A program made the translations under genes and the position numbers. Positions 30,881-48,304 of a stretch of DNA of 64,000 bases are shown one piece after another (within the stretch, counting starts at the first letter, position 1; every line of letters starts with the position of its first letter). This DNA comes from the human T2T-CHM13v2.0 reference genome, Homo sapiens: NCBI RefSeq assembly GCF_009914755.1, contig NC_060938.1; one strand, given 5' to 3'. The notes beneath the pieces were generated by a model. The model did not search any database. It was not told where the DNA came from and worked only from the letters and a program-made list of their open reading frames with translations.

Positions 30881-31198
30881 AATAGCCCGTGCAGAAAGGG
30901 CACAGAGAGGTGCACGTACACAGCGCATTCACGGCAGGCAGCTCCCCATGAACTGGGAGGAGGAAAGAGGGCGCCACTAGAGAAAAGCTGGGCAGGTTCA
31001 GATCCGAGAGCTTCCATTTTCTGCTGTGGGGTCCAAGGGAGCACACTACCAGCTCCTGCAGGCAGCTCCATGAAAGGTGGGTCCACAGGGGCCACGCTAG
31101 AGACAGAGACGTATTGACATTCCCACAATAGGAAGAAAGGAAAGAGCAGAGCCGAGATGGGGGAAGGAGAGAGCAGCACAGACTCAAAAAGCTCCCGA

Positions 31199-31538
<340 letters not shown>

Positions 31539-31714
31539 TCAGGCCACAACAGAGATGATGGGGCCACTCCCTAAAGGCAGGAAACCTGTGAAAGGGACCG
31601 GACCAAGGAGTAGCTGGAAATACAAGTCTGGACTGGAGAAAATTTTCTAGCCTGGAGATACAGACTAAAAAGCCTGAGAGGGGAAACTGAAGGCATCAGA
31701 ATGGATATGATCGA

Positions 31715-31730
31715 TCTCTTTCTTTCTCTT

Positions 31731-31783
<53 letters not shown>
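31715..31783 (+). repeat. (TC)n(CA)20 compound microsatellite
   Basis: Direct reading. Confidence 0.95.
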
Positions 31784-31785
<2 letters not shown>

Positions 31786-32658
31786 GAATCGTATCAAGTG
31801 TAAAGAAGAACACCAAGGACTTCTAAGCATTTCCTTTTTCAGAATGAACTTGCTCACATGAACACTATTATTAGTATTTTTTTCATCTGTCTTAAGCATA
31901 CACTGTGTCAAACACCCACAAATATTCAAAAGCAAAAAAAGCAACTTCTTAAGAATGAGGCAATGACAAGAACGAGGCTATTACAGATAACTTTTGGAAC
32001 CACAAGAAACAAAATTATAATTCAAACCAAAGAGAAGTATTCTGAACCTACTGAAAAAATTGGGAAGGCCAGACACAGTAAGTTCTAAGTCTAGGCCAGG
32101 TATATTTTCAAAGTCCTTCACACTTTCCTTAAGCTAGCAAAAGATATGGAGAGGTTCAAAAACACTATCAGGGCACCACAAAGTTTGATTTTTATGGCCT
32201 AATATTTTAGTAATTCACAATAAAAACACATAAGCCAATAGTATCTTGTAAATTTACAGGAATCCTAAGCAGCAAAGAACTACCCACAAAAAACAAGTTT
32301 GCTCATCTTTCCTGAGAGGTTGCACTTTCAACAATACTTCTGTATTAAGGAACAATGCAACAGCACTCTTATTTTAAAATTAAATAGTTTTTCAGCACTT
32401 TAAGAAAAGAAAAATAAACACCTCTGAAGCAATTAATATATTCAAATTCAACAGTCATTTCTTTCAACAGCTTTTTTACTTGTATTGTTTTCACAAAAGT
32501 AAATGTTCTATCCAAAAGAAACATCAATTTCTTTTACAGAAGTTTAGCCTGTTATCTAATTCACAAAAGAACTGCTACTGCTATACTCATTTAAAAAAAA
32601 AAAAAAAAAAAACATACTGGCAACAATATGAATTAAGATATGTGAATACCCTCTTCCA

Positions 32659-32782
32659 TTTTATTTTATTTTATGTATTTTAGAGACAGAGGTCTCACTA
32701 TGTTGCTCAAGCAGGTCTCGAACTCTTGGCCTTAAGCAATTTTCCTGCCTCAGCCTCCAGAGTAACTGGGACTACAGGCACT
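32659..32782 (-). mobile_element. Alu monomer fragment (FLAM-like)
   Basis: tagagacagaggtctcactatgttgctcaagcaggtctcgaactc. Confidence 0.7.
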
Positions 32783-32791
32783 AAGCCATGG

Positions 32792-33109
<318 letters not shown>

Positions 33110-33221
33110 AGCCATGATTTTTTTAAGGTAGAGAAAAATAAAAGTCTGCAAGTGTTTTCACTTCTAGTAATTCATAAGAATTAACACTATTATCTTTGTC
33201 ATTGTACATATACTGACAAAC

Positions 33222-33595
<374 letters not shown>

Positions 33596-33686
33596 TAAAG
33601 TTCTAGGTCCTCTTTTCCCAATTCCCACTTCTCTCCTCCCCTCTCCTGATTTCTCCTCCCCCGACCCCACCCATCTTTCTTTCCCC

Positions 33687-33690
<4 letters not shown>

Positions 33691-33724
<34 letters not shown>
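33691..33724 (+). repeat. (CA)17 microsatellite
   Basis: Direct reading. Confidence 0.95.
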
Positions 33725-33725
<1 letters not shown>

Positions 33726-35598
33726 CCTTTAAACATTTCTACCAGGGAGCAATTTTTCTTCATGATGCTCACAAGTAGAAACATTTGCACAAATGGTAGG
33801 TTCCCTAACAAATCCCAAAAGGAGCACTCTTTTCTGGTATAAGTTACACACACATTCATACATAAATATCTATTATGTATATAGGCCAGTATTCTTACTT
33901 TGAAATGTATACTAAATTATATACACACTAGATACAAAATCCCATCACAAGTGTTTACCAATACCATCATTTGGGTTATACCAGAATATAAAGCTGCAAA
34001 ACACATGTGGTCCACAGTACTCCACTGTTTCCCACCCTCCCATTTCCTTTCCTATCCTGTTCCTGCTTTCCTGCCTCCTTTTTCCCCACCATCCCGCATA
34101 AACTTTAAGTCCCAGTCTGTGGCTCAGCTAATCCCATGTCTAACCCCTGGTCTGTTAACTCTGAAGGCCCCTTTCCACTCCAGCCTTTCTCTCCAACCAC
34201 CCTTAGAGGGTTCTCTCAAATGACACTTCTTTCATGAAGACTTTCCTGGCTGATTCCCTGAACCTGATGTGATCTCTCCCATCCTTTGAGCTGCAGGGGC
34301 CCCTCATTCACATCTCTCTTACAGCACTTAATTTGACTGCATGATGCAATCATATCTGCCCTCTTGAATTATATACAATTATATTTGCATCCCTGTAGTC
34401 CTATGAGACCAGCACATAACATGAATACAGCTGAACTGTCTCAAACCCACATGCTTCTGTAACAAATAATGTATTTCCAATACAGCTGTCCATAAACCCA
34501 CATCTATACTCAGGCCCTCTAACAAGAATATTTCCTACCTTAGGAAGAATCTGAGAAAGTTATTTGTCGAGAAAAGTAACACAAAACCAGTATCCTAGTA
34601 TTTTAACACATTGCCTCAATTTCCATAATGTCATATTACTTGAAAGTGAAAATAAACATTAGCTCAAGTTGTTAAGACATAAAATAAGAGAAATGTGATA
34701 TAGTCCAGTAGGAAATCAGATTTGGAATTAGAACTATTATAATTTACCACCCCCCCCTCTTAAATTCCTCTTGTCTTTTTCTCCAATGCTCCTAAACATT
34801 GTTGCTAGTAACACCAACAGATGTTTTGCTTCTTCAGGTGAATAGTTTGGAGAGGAGAAGCTTGAGAATGGTTAAAAAGAAGGGAAGTGAAAAGTGTGGA
34901 TAAATGGATGGGGTCAATGCCAACGATGTAGGCATTTCGAAATCAATCTAATGATTTCTGAAAAGCATTCAGAGACTGCTATATAAGCCTGAGAGGTATA
35001 TCTATGTTTTGAGGGTCTTAACAAATTTGTAATTTTAGTCCTTTCTATACAAATTAGTGTTTCACCTTTCAAAACATCTTTAAACCCAGTAATAATCTCA
35101 ATCGTGTATGCTCTATGTATTTCCTCTGTCAAAGAATACTTCCTCTTATTTCTACAACTCAACAACACTTAATTTCAGGATTCCATCCTCACATTGATCA
35201 TCTCAACATAATCACTTTTTCTTAATTTTCCTCTCAGATTCAGTCCAAATATTCTTTTCTCAGGTGACTCCAACTGCTTTATTACAGTACCATCAAGGTT
35301 TTAGTAACTTCCTCTTCTTTATTTGTCTTTCACATGGTCTCAACTGCTTCCTTATATTCTCCCTCATGTCTCCAAAATAAAAAATGACATGAAATGAGAC
35401 ACAAAACTGGGAAGCACCTTTTACATTATACTGTATTACATAAATATTTTATTTCTATTATTCGCTCTCATGTTTTTGCTTCTTTCCACCCCATCTCACC
35501 CACACACCTACTTAGGACAATTTCTTCCAAACGCTTTCCTGCTAAAGGGCACTGCTTGCTACTTAGCAGGCATTTAATAAATATTCTTTCAGTGAATG

Positions 35599-35898
<300 letters not shown>

Positions 35899-35962
35899 GT
35901 GTGAATGATTTTAAGAGAATCCCCTAGACTCTATAATTCCTTCTAAAAAATTCCCAAAAAAG

Positions 35963-36290
35963 GGCCAAGCATTGTGGGTCATGCCTGTAATCCCAGCACT
36001 TTGGGAGGCTGAGTTGGGCAGATCACTTGAAGTCAGGAATTTGAGACCAGCGTGGCCAACATGGCAAAACCCCATCTCTACTAAAAATACAAAAATTAGC
36101 CTGGCGTGGTGGCGCATACCTGTAGTCCCAGCTACTCGGAAGGCTGAGGCAAGGGAATTGCTTGAACCCAGGAGGCAGAGGTTACAGAGAGCCAAGATCG
36201 CACCACTGTACTCCAGACTGGGCGACAGAGCAAGACTCCATCTTAAATAAATAAATTAATTTAATTAAATATAAATATAAATATAAATTT
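35963..36290 (+). mobile_element. AluSx-like with AT-rich tail
   Basis: TSD aaaaattcccaaaaa. Confidence 0.9.
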
Positions 36291-36384
36291 AAAAATTCCC
36301 AAAAAGACTTTCATGAAAGCTATCATGGAACTGTGTTACCCAACTACATGACCAAAAAGACCTAAAGAATCTAAGCAACTTTAA

Positions 36385-36495
36385 TTTCTGGTTTTACAGA
36401 TGAAGAAATGGAAACCCAGAGGCGTTAACTGACTTATCCAAAATCACACAGATGGTTAACGACAGAACCAGAATTAGAATCCAGGTCTTCGAACC
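36385..36495 (-). mobile_element. MIR core
   Basis: ttttacagatgaagaaatggaaacccagaggcgttaactgacttatccaaaatcacacag. Confidence 0.75.
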
Positions 36496-36786
36496 TCTTT
36501 ACTTTTGTGTACTATTGGTGGTATTGGATTTTTGGTTTTGTTCTTGCTTTGATTTAATTACTTTTTGCATTAATTTGGGGGGGTAGTTTATTTCTGATTT
36601 TAAAAATAGTATAGGCTCACCAAAGAAGATTTGGAAAGTAAAAAATGAACATAGAAAACTGCTAATTCACTTTTCAAGTACCACTGCCTCTCACATACCC
36701 TCACTCAACACAAACTATTTGTCCCAAAACTCTTCTTCATGGATTTATATAGCCCCATACTCAATGTTGGTCACCAAATACCATAA

Positions 36787-37142
<356 letters not shown>

Positions 37143-37584
37143 TGATGACACCAAGATTTAGAACGTTTCTATCATGGTATGTCAGAATTCAAGTACAAGT
37201 CATCTTCCTTTTCTCTGAGTGATGCCTTTCTCAGCTACATTATCTATGTTTAAAGAATACATGGAACTAGAAAACTGGCACACGCACAGCCACAAATCCA
37301 ATGAAGTCCAGGCCAATTTATATCATTACCTACAATGCTGAAACATGATATATTTTGAGTATCTTAAAAACAAGTAGCTGAGGTAAGCAACTATAAACAT
37401 ATTTTTTTCCTTAAATTTTATGTATATGTTAGTATATGAATACCTAAGTCTGAATGACCTCTAGCTAATAAGTAGTAAAATTCTTGCAGAGTAGAAGAAC
37501 TAGGCCGAATAAAATTGTGCTAACCAATATAGCAGCCACTAGCCACATATAACTACTGAGCACTTGGGAAATATGACTAGTCCT

Positions 37585-38783
37585 ACCTAGTCAATAAATG
37601 GTGCTGGGAAAACTGGCTAACCATATGCAGAACGAAACTCGACCCCTACACCTTTCACCATATACAAAAATTAACTCAAAATGGATTAAGGACTTAAATG
37701 TAAGATCTCAAAACTATAAAAATTCTAGAATAAAACGTAGGAAATATCATTCTGGAATGCAATAAAATCAAAAGTTGACAAGTGGAACCTAATTAAACTA
37801 AAGCACTTCCGCACAGTGAAAGAAATTATCAACAGAGTAAACAGACAACCTACAGAATGGGAGAAAATATCTGCAAACTACACATCTGATGAAGGACTAA
37901 TATCCAGAATCTAGAAGAAACTCAAACAAATCAACAAGAAAAAAACAACCCCATTAAAAAGCGGGCAAAGGACATGAGCAAACACTTCTCAAAAGAGGAC
38001 ATACAAGCAGTCAACAAGCCTATGAAAAAATGCTCACTATCACTAATCATCAGGGAAATGCAAATCAAAATCACAACGAGATACCATCGCACACCAGTCG
38101 GAATGAGTACTATTAAAAAGTCAAAAAATAACATGTTGGCAAGGTTGCAGAGAAAAAGGAACGCTCATACACTGATGATGGGATTGTAAATTAGTTCAGC
38201 CCCTATGTTAAGCAGTTTGGAGATTTCTCAAAGAACTAAAAATAGAATTACCATTTGACCCAGCAATTCCATTACCGGATATATACCCAAAGAAAAATAA
38301 ATGGTTGTTCAACCAAAAAGACACCTGCACTCTCATGTTCATCATAGCACTATTCACAATAGGAAAGATATGGAATCAACCTTCAACAGTGGACTGGATA
38401 AAAAAAAAAAATGTGGAACATATACACCATGGAATACTATGCAGCATAAGAAGAATGAAATCACGTCCTTTGCAACGTGAATACAGCTGGAGGTCATTAT
38501 CCTAACTGAATTAACACAGGAACAGAAAGCCAAATGCTGCATATTTTCACTTAAAAGTAGGAGCTAAACATTGGGTACACATGAACATAAAGATACGAAC
38601 AATAAACACTGGGGACTTTAGAAGGGGGAAGCCAGGTGGCAAGGGTTGAAAAACTACCCACTGGATACTATGTTCACTATTTGGATAACAAGTTCAATTC
38701 GAAACCAAACCTCAGCATAGAGTGATATATTCATGTAACAAACCTGTACGTGGACTCCCTGAATCTATAATTTTAAAAAAAAA
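37585..38783 (+). mobile_element. 5'-truncated L1 (old primate L1PA/L1PB): ORF2 3' end plus 3'UTR
   Basis: caataaatggtgctgggaaaactgg..., gggaaatgcaaatcaaaa, catgtaacaaacctg...ctgaatcta; TSD (a/g)tatgac(t/c)agtcct. Confidence 0.9.
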
Positions 38784-38918
38784 GCAGTATGACCAGTCCT
38801 TATTGAGATATGCTGTAAATATAAAATACACATGAGACTTCAAAGATGTAGTGTGAAAAAAAGAATCTAAAAATAGCTCATTTTTATATTGGTTACATGT
38901 TGAAATGATAATATTTTA

Positions 38919-39262
<344 letters not shown>

Positions 39263-40549
39263 TCAATTTCTTCTGTTTTTCACTTTTTTAAAATCTGGCT
39301 ACTAGAAAATTTAAAATTACATATGTGTCCTACATTTGTGGTATCATATTTTTATTGGGGAGCACTAAAGTAAGACAATAAAGGAAACAAAGGGGACAAA
39401 GAAACACATCAAGAAACAAAGGGGAAAACTTTCCACTCCCTAGGCCCTGGAAGAGCCCAGAAACTTTCTGTGTTCACAAAAGAAACCTAATAATTCTCTG
39501 TTCTTCAATAACCCGACCTACAGCTTACTACCTCTGAACAAGAATTACAGGTTTATCTTAAAAGCACACTGATTTTTTACATCTTTATATATACCTAATA
39601 TGCTTAGCCTAAACCTAAATTGTCATGAAAAAGGAAGAAAAAATAATAATGCTTTATTTTCTAATAGGAGATCTTCCTTTTTATTCAAAAGGAGACTTAC
39701 TTCATGAGACTTTCTGCACCAAGCAGCTGTTCTTCCCAGTTAAGGACTCAAAAATTCCTGTTTCTCTCTTACATGATGGTTGACAATGTAAAAAATTAAA
39801 CCAAATATAAAGGTGGCCTTTAGAAAGGCTTCTACTAAACAAGCAGTATTCCATGTTATTATGGCTCTGAGGCCTCTTATAAAAATTTTTAAAGGGTCAT
39901 AACAGGTTTAAATTAATCCCATGGAAAGAATCTGACATTTTAAAAGGATCTGATGACTCAAAACATTCTTTTGGACTCTCCCAGCCTCTTCACTGGAAAT
40001 GCACTCAGGACAGTCATACCAGTTGGGTTTCTTGTATGATGGCACAGATCAAGTACAAACTTGAAATGTGGAATAAGAAGAGTTATCATAGGTTCTCCTT
40101 GATCATCAAGTGTTTTGTTTTTGTTTGTTGAATTTTTTTGTTTTGGTTTGGTTGGGAAGGATGGTGGCATGTGTGTGTTTTACTTTTGCATTTGAGTGGA
40201 AGGGGTACTTAACAGCAAAACAATGACAGCCAAGTCTTCCAGTCCAGGAATTACCAGGAGCCTTATCAGAACCAGAAATTGCGTCTTTAGACAACGTTTA
40301 TAGCCTCATAGAAGATACCAGGCTTCACTTTGTCAAGCTCTACTAAATTGGCCTGCCTGTCCCTACCACTGAGCAAAACATGAAAAAGCTAGAAACAGCA
40401 ACACAAAGTCAAGAGCAGCCAGCCGCTCTAGGCAAGGAATTCTGATCTACTAAAGGTGAGTGTGGCACGCAGCCATAAGAAATGGGGTAGAATCAGTTTA
40501 AGCAAAAGAATCATCAGATAGTTGTATGATAGAGCACCCTAACTCCTTT

Positions 40550-40950
40550 GTGTAAAGCACTGTTGATAGTCAGGCCCAGATAACTCTTTTTTGGTTTGGT
40601 GGGTTGTTTTTTTTTTTTAACCCCAAACTCCTGGGCTCAAGTGATCCTCCTGCCTCTGCCTCCTGTGTAGCTGGGACTACAGGCACTTGCCACCAAGCCA
40701 AGCTAATCAGATAACTATTTATTGTGAGCAGCTCTTCTGTGAACTATAGAATATTTAGCAGCATCCCTGGCCTGTCTGCCACTAGATGCCAGTAGCAAGT
40801 CCTTACTCTTTCCCGCTTCAATCCTCTCTCAAGTGTCACAACCAGGTCTCTCCAGACATTGCCAAATTACCGCGCGCGCGTGTGTGTGTGCGTGTGTGTG
40901 GTGGGGGGAGGGGGAGGGGAGCAAAAGAACCCCTAGGTGAGAATCATTGG
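40550..40950 (+). mobile_element. MER20 (hAT) containing an Alu fragment (40588-40705, -) and a CG/TG expansion
   Basis: tttagcagcatccctggcct...cactagatgccagtagca...tctccagacattgccaaat...gagaatcattg; TSD cagataact around the Alu piece. Confidence 0.8.
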
Positions 40951-41399
40951 TAGAGAGCAAAAACACCAGAAACAGTTGTGACAGCAGCTAAATAAAGGCT
41001 GCTTACACTGTATCCAGTGTGACAAACTGTACTCAAGCTGTTAGTTTTGCACATGTGGCAAGACATATTTCTGACAAAATTTCTGATATTACTAAACATG
41101 AAGGATAACAATATAATGAAGTACTCTAGGAATATTAAACAGGTGAGCTTCAAATGACACAGGATTCTTAAATCACTGTGGAAGTGATGCTATCTGCCTC
41201 ACTAACTAATTTAGCTTGTAAACTTTTAAAAATAAGATTAACCAGTAATGATGGTCAAGTATTCAGATGATGTTCCAACTCCTAAAGTCGGGTTACTTGT
41301 TCTTTTTAAAATTATAGCTTTAAATTTTAACTGTTTAAACTGTAGGAAGAAGGTATTCTCAAATACTCTACTAGAAATGTAAAACGCAACGTCTAAAGC

Positions 41400-41625
41400 A
41401 ATTTAGCAGCACCTACCAAGGCTTTTATTTTTTACCCAGAATTCCACTTTTAAGAATGTATCCTATAGACATACTCCCCTATGTGAACACAGAGATATGT
41501 CTTAAGTAGCTCCCCACCAGCGTTGTTTACAACAGCAGTAAAATAAAAATGCTCCAGATGTTATCAATAAGAAAGTGGTCTTAAGTAAGTAACTACTTAT
41601 TCATACCTTAGAAGACTGTACCGCC
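41400..41625 (+). mobile_element. Old L1M fragment
   Basis: acccagaattccacttttaagaatgtatcctatagacatactc. Confidence 0.55.
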
Positions 41626-41994
<369 letters not shown>

Positions 41995-42009
41995 TGAAAC
42001 ATTCACAGA

Positions 42010-43387
<1,378 letters not shown>

Positions 43388-43616
43388 AGCATATGGTTAA
43401 GCCATCTACAGTATTTTTCAAGACCAAGACTTAAAAACAATTTGCACTGTTCATTTTACATATTAAGTGTTGAAGATTTTTTTTGTTAAATATCACTACT
43501 TCTATAAATCATGCTTTGTGGATTATTCTGCATCATACACTGGGATGTATTGGTGTTCACCGTTTATCCAGCAACATTATTCCAACACTGCTTGAGCCCT
43601 CAAGAGTGAGCCACTT

Positions 43617-43855
43617 GGCCAGGCACAGTGGCTCATGCCTGTAATCCCAGCACTTTGGGAGGCCAAGGCAGGCAGATCACCTGAGGTCAGCAGTTAGAGA
43701 CCAGCCTGGCCAACATAGTAAAACCCTGTCTCTACAGGCTGAGGCACAAGAATCGCTTGAACCTGGGAGGCGGAGATTGCAATGAGCCAAGATCACGCCA
43801 CTACACTCCAGCCCAGGCAACAGAGTAAGACTCTGTCTCAAAAAAAAAAAAAAAA
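43617..43855 (+). mobile_element. AluS lacking the central linker
   Basis: tctctac|aggctgagg junction; perfect 15-bp TSD aagagtgagccactt. Confidence 0.9.
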
Positions 43856-44866
43856 GAGTGAGCCACTTAAGGCTTAATTAAATTTGCCAAACCAACCTCA
43901 AAGAGTTAAGAAACCTCATCCAGCTCGCCTCTTGAACCATAACCCATCAATAACTAAGAACATATACAGAGGGAAATAGTTCAATTTAGAACATTGTTTT
44001 AATAAGTGTTTACAAAGTGCTTAATAAACATGTAATTTATAGTTTAATTTAGCAGAATCTCATCATATGCAGTCAAATTTAAATGATTCTAATTTTCCTT
44101 TTCAATTTATTGATCTGAGTAATCAAAACTAATGGATGTGATTTTTCTTCTCCGACTTAAATCTTAAAAGAATAAGCAAAGAAGCCAAATGCCTGAAAGA
44201 CTGACAGAAATAAAAATTAATAAAAATTAAAATCTCAATTCTAGATTTGGAATAACAAACTATTTTATCTGGGTACACAGTTTAAAAAAAAAAAAAGGTA
44301 GTTTTCCAAGAATTTTTCTGGTTCTAAAATACACAGGCAGAGACACACTTCAAATCAAAATGTCAGGCACTCACCATAATAGCTATGGCCTTTAAACCAC
44401 CCCAGTACCCCTCCCCCTGCCCACAGCTCTAGCCAGTTTAACTGCTTTTAAATGGAACATTCTAAATTGCTAAAAATAAACTATCTCTATTTCCTCCTGC
44501 TTAAGTTTTCCCATTTTCCCATGACATTTTAACCTTTATTCAGGCAGTTATGATCACAAACATGCAATACCTATATGATACCATTTCTAACCATTTTATA
44601 TACAGATGCATAAACGTATGACAGTATTTCCTTTCCCTTCAAAAAACAACATGGCAAAATAACTTGCAAGATCTCTAGCCAATTAAGAACCCTGGATCTG
44701 AAGACTGACTCCGTGGGATTTCATAAAACTTGGCTCCCCATCAAAAGGCCACAATTACTCTTTCTTGACTACAAGCATCATCTCTGGATTATCCACACCT
44801 CTTCCATCTCCAAAGATAACTAAAAAAATACAGGGTAACTAAATGAGTATAAAAACACATGAACCT

Positions 44867-45185
<319 letters not shown>

Positions 45186-45958
45186 CACATGAACCTGCTC
45201 AAGGTTTATGCAGAAAGTGGAAAGGTAAATCAATGATTAATGCAAGATGTCATACAACATCCTCCTTTAATGGCCAGAAGCATACTCACGTTAGTGGCAT
45301 CACCTGGCATCACACTTCTCTACTGTTCAATATTTCTATTATAATATCAATAAATCTCATTTTCTTATTCACTTAGAATAATACATTTGGTATGTGGTGA
45401 ACTTCTGGCAATAACTGAATTTAGTTCCTACAGCTTATGTCTTATTTTGAGCATGATGTCAATTCAGTCAACAAAACTAACCATCTTATCAGAAATGAAC
45501 TTAATATCTCTTCTTTGTAATTTAGAGAGCTTTTTCAGGTAGTATCAACCAAGTCTTGAGGGATTTTTAAAATGTTTGTTTTTTTCTTGAGACTTAAGGT
45601 CCTAAAGACAAACAGTGTGGTTTTTATTCAGTGAAAAAGCAAAGATTGCTTAAATTCTCTAAGTTCTACTTACAAAAGAAACTACAAAATATATGCATGC
45701 TTTTAAACAAATGTATACTATCAGGTTGACCTCTCTGTCCACTTCACTAACCTCTTGACATCATTTCTTTTCTTTTCTTTTTTTCTTTTTAAGTCTACAT
45801 CATGCTTTGCTTGACATGGTTTTAGAAAAGGATGTTTTTCAAGTTTTGTGTGTATGAACCTTTGGAATGTTTTTAAGTGTCTTGGATCTTCATTAATATC
45901 ACTAAAGAAAATACAATAACAAAACATTTTTATGAATTCAGGAAGTACTTTTAAGTAA

Positions 45959-46098
45959 TTTTTTTTTTTCCCAGACAGGGTCTCACTCTGTCACCCAGGC
46001 TGGAGCGAGATGGCACAAACATGGCTTACTGCAGCCGCGACTTCCCCAAGCTCAAGTAATCCTCCCACCTTGGCTTAACAAAGTGCTAGGATCACAGG
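45959..46098 (-). mobile_element. Alu collapsed to monomer length (left-arm 5' joined to right-arm 3')
   Basis: ctcactctgtcacccagg...cctcccaccttggc...aaagtgctaggatcacaggcatgaaccac; TSD taa.taatt. Confidence 0.75.
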
Positions 46099-46838
46099 CA
46101 TGAACCACTGATCCAGCCTTAAATAATTCTTCATTAGTCACAAATCCCTATATACATCTGAAAACACCAGTACAAATCAGTCTGCAGATAGGGGTTCATT
46201 TGGATAATCAAATCCCTTATAACAACTTCATATACCTCTCCAGCATTCGTGGCCCAAAATTAGAAACCACTGGCAGAGACTATGAAATATAAAACTGCCT
46301 AGTTACAAGCAGAATGGCTCTTTAAAGTAAATATTAGGAATCGTAAGTGAAAATTTATTGTGTGTCAGGTACCAATGTTTTCCCACTATAAAACTGTATT
46401 TCCAAATTTAAAATCAAAATTAGTCATGAAAATCATTTATATATGCACGTTTACTTCATCACAGGCAATTTTTAAGAAATGCAGCTACTCATAAAAAGGC
46501 CCCAGGACATACTGGAACACAGAATGTGCCAGCTTCCATTTCCACCACCAAAGAGAGAAGGTTGGTTTTGGTTTGAGCTCCACTACCCAACCAGAGTATC
46601 TGTAACTAAAACCTTAATACAATTTTGAACATATCACAGGTCAGAGCTGCCTAAAAGAGAGAAAAATATATATGACAGCAGAAATGTAAAAATACAAATC
46701 ATAAAATAGCCACCTCACTGTGAAACTAGAAGGGCTATGGCAGTAATAAGGATGAGAAAAAGAGCAGCAAAAACACAAATTTAGAGATTTCTCTAAATTA
46801 ATCAATATTTGGTAGTATCTTGTTATTATGAGAAATAA

Positions 46839-47145
<307 letters not shown>

Positions 47146-47174
47146 ACCAAGGAATTTTTGCTCTGGATAAGCCC

Positions 47175-47310
47175 CAAGAGACCATCTATTCTAGTCCAGT
47201 TGTCTCATTTTACAGATGAGGAAACTGGCCCAAAGAACTTAAGTGGCTTGCTCCGGGTCATTCAGCTGACTGGTAGCAAGTCCTGATCCCAGATCTTCTG
47301 GTTCCTAGCC
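47175..47310 (-). mobile_element. MIR
   Basis: ctcattttacagatgaggaaactggcccaaagaacttaagtggcttgc. Confidence 0.75.
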
Positions 47311-47984
47311 CAATATCTCCAGTTTTTTGTCTGGTATTTCACAATCCCTCTGCCACATCCTAATCTGGATTTGACTCATTATTTATGCTGAAAATTATTT
47401 GGACAATGTGTAACTATTGTAAACAGGTATTTCTCAAGCTTCATTTAACTATCCTGCACATCACTCAAATTAAACCTCAGCAGTTTTCCCATCTATAGAG
47501 GGGGTGGTGATGGGTATGTTTTGGGCACTATGAATTTTTCTTATAGGAACATATTGTCTCCCCTTTGATATTGAAAGTCTATGAGAAATAAATGTGTTTT
47601 TAAAAAATTAGTTTCAAAAGCAACTTTTCTTGAAATTCACTTTAATGAAAGTAAAACTTGGTTTTCAGAAACCGACGCCCTAGATTTATTTTGACTTTAA
47701 CTAAATCAGATGGGTACATCACCTCTCATTCAAATAAATACACCAAGGTGCCAAATGAAGATGCATACTTACAATGCCAAATGCTGCAGTTCTTTTTACC
47801 AGCTAAGTCTTTGTGACAGGAAATCGTTTACATTGACTAAATTCTAAACTCAGGATTTAGGACAAAATAATAAAACTGATATGAATAATTGTTACATACT
47901 TGTATGGTTAACTGGTAATGACACAGAAACAGTAAATACCAATATGGAAGACCATAAATGAACCAATTAGAAATATGACAGATC

Positions 47985-48285
47985 CCTGGGTGGGCACAGC
48001 GGGCTTTGGGAGGCCACGGCAAGAGGATCTCTTGAGGCCAAGAGTTTGAGACAATAGAGCAACATAGATAGGCAATATAGCAAGACTGCCGTCTCTACAA
48101 GAAAATTTTTAAAAATTGCCAGGCATGGTGGTGCATCTGTGGTCCCAACTACTCAGGAGGCTGAGGCAGGAGGATCTCTCGAGCCTGGGATTTTAAGGTG
48201 GCAGCAAGCTATGATTGCACCACTACACAATCAGCCTGGGTGACAGAGTGAGACCGCATCTCTAAAAAAAAAAAGAAAAAGAAAA
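47985..48285 (+). mobile_element. AluJ (degenerate 5' end)
   Basis: TSD aa.tatgaca. Confidence 0.8.
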
Positions 48286-48304
48286 ACTATGACATCCTAG
48301 CGTA

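Noticed and set aside
37974-38505. L1 ORF2-like peptides (also 53907-54194)
   Set aside because: Frameshifted fragments of 5'-truncated dead L1s
40200-40461. Plus-strand exon-like stretch ending in a strong donor AAG|GTGAGT
   Set aside because: No convincing paired acceptor, promoter or ORF; single donor motifs are frequent by chance
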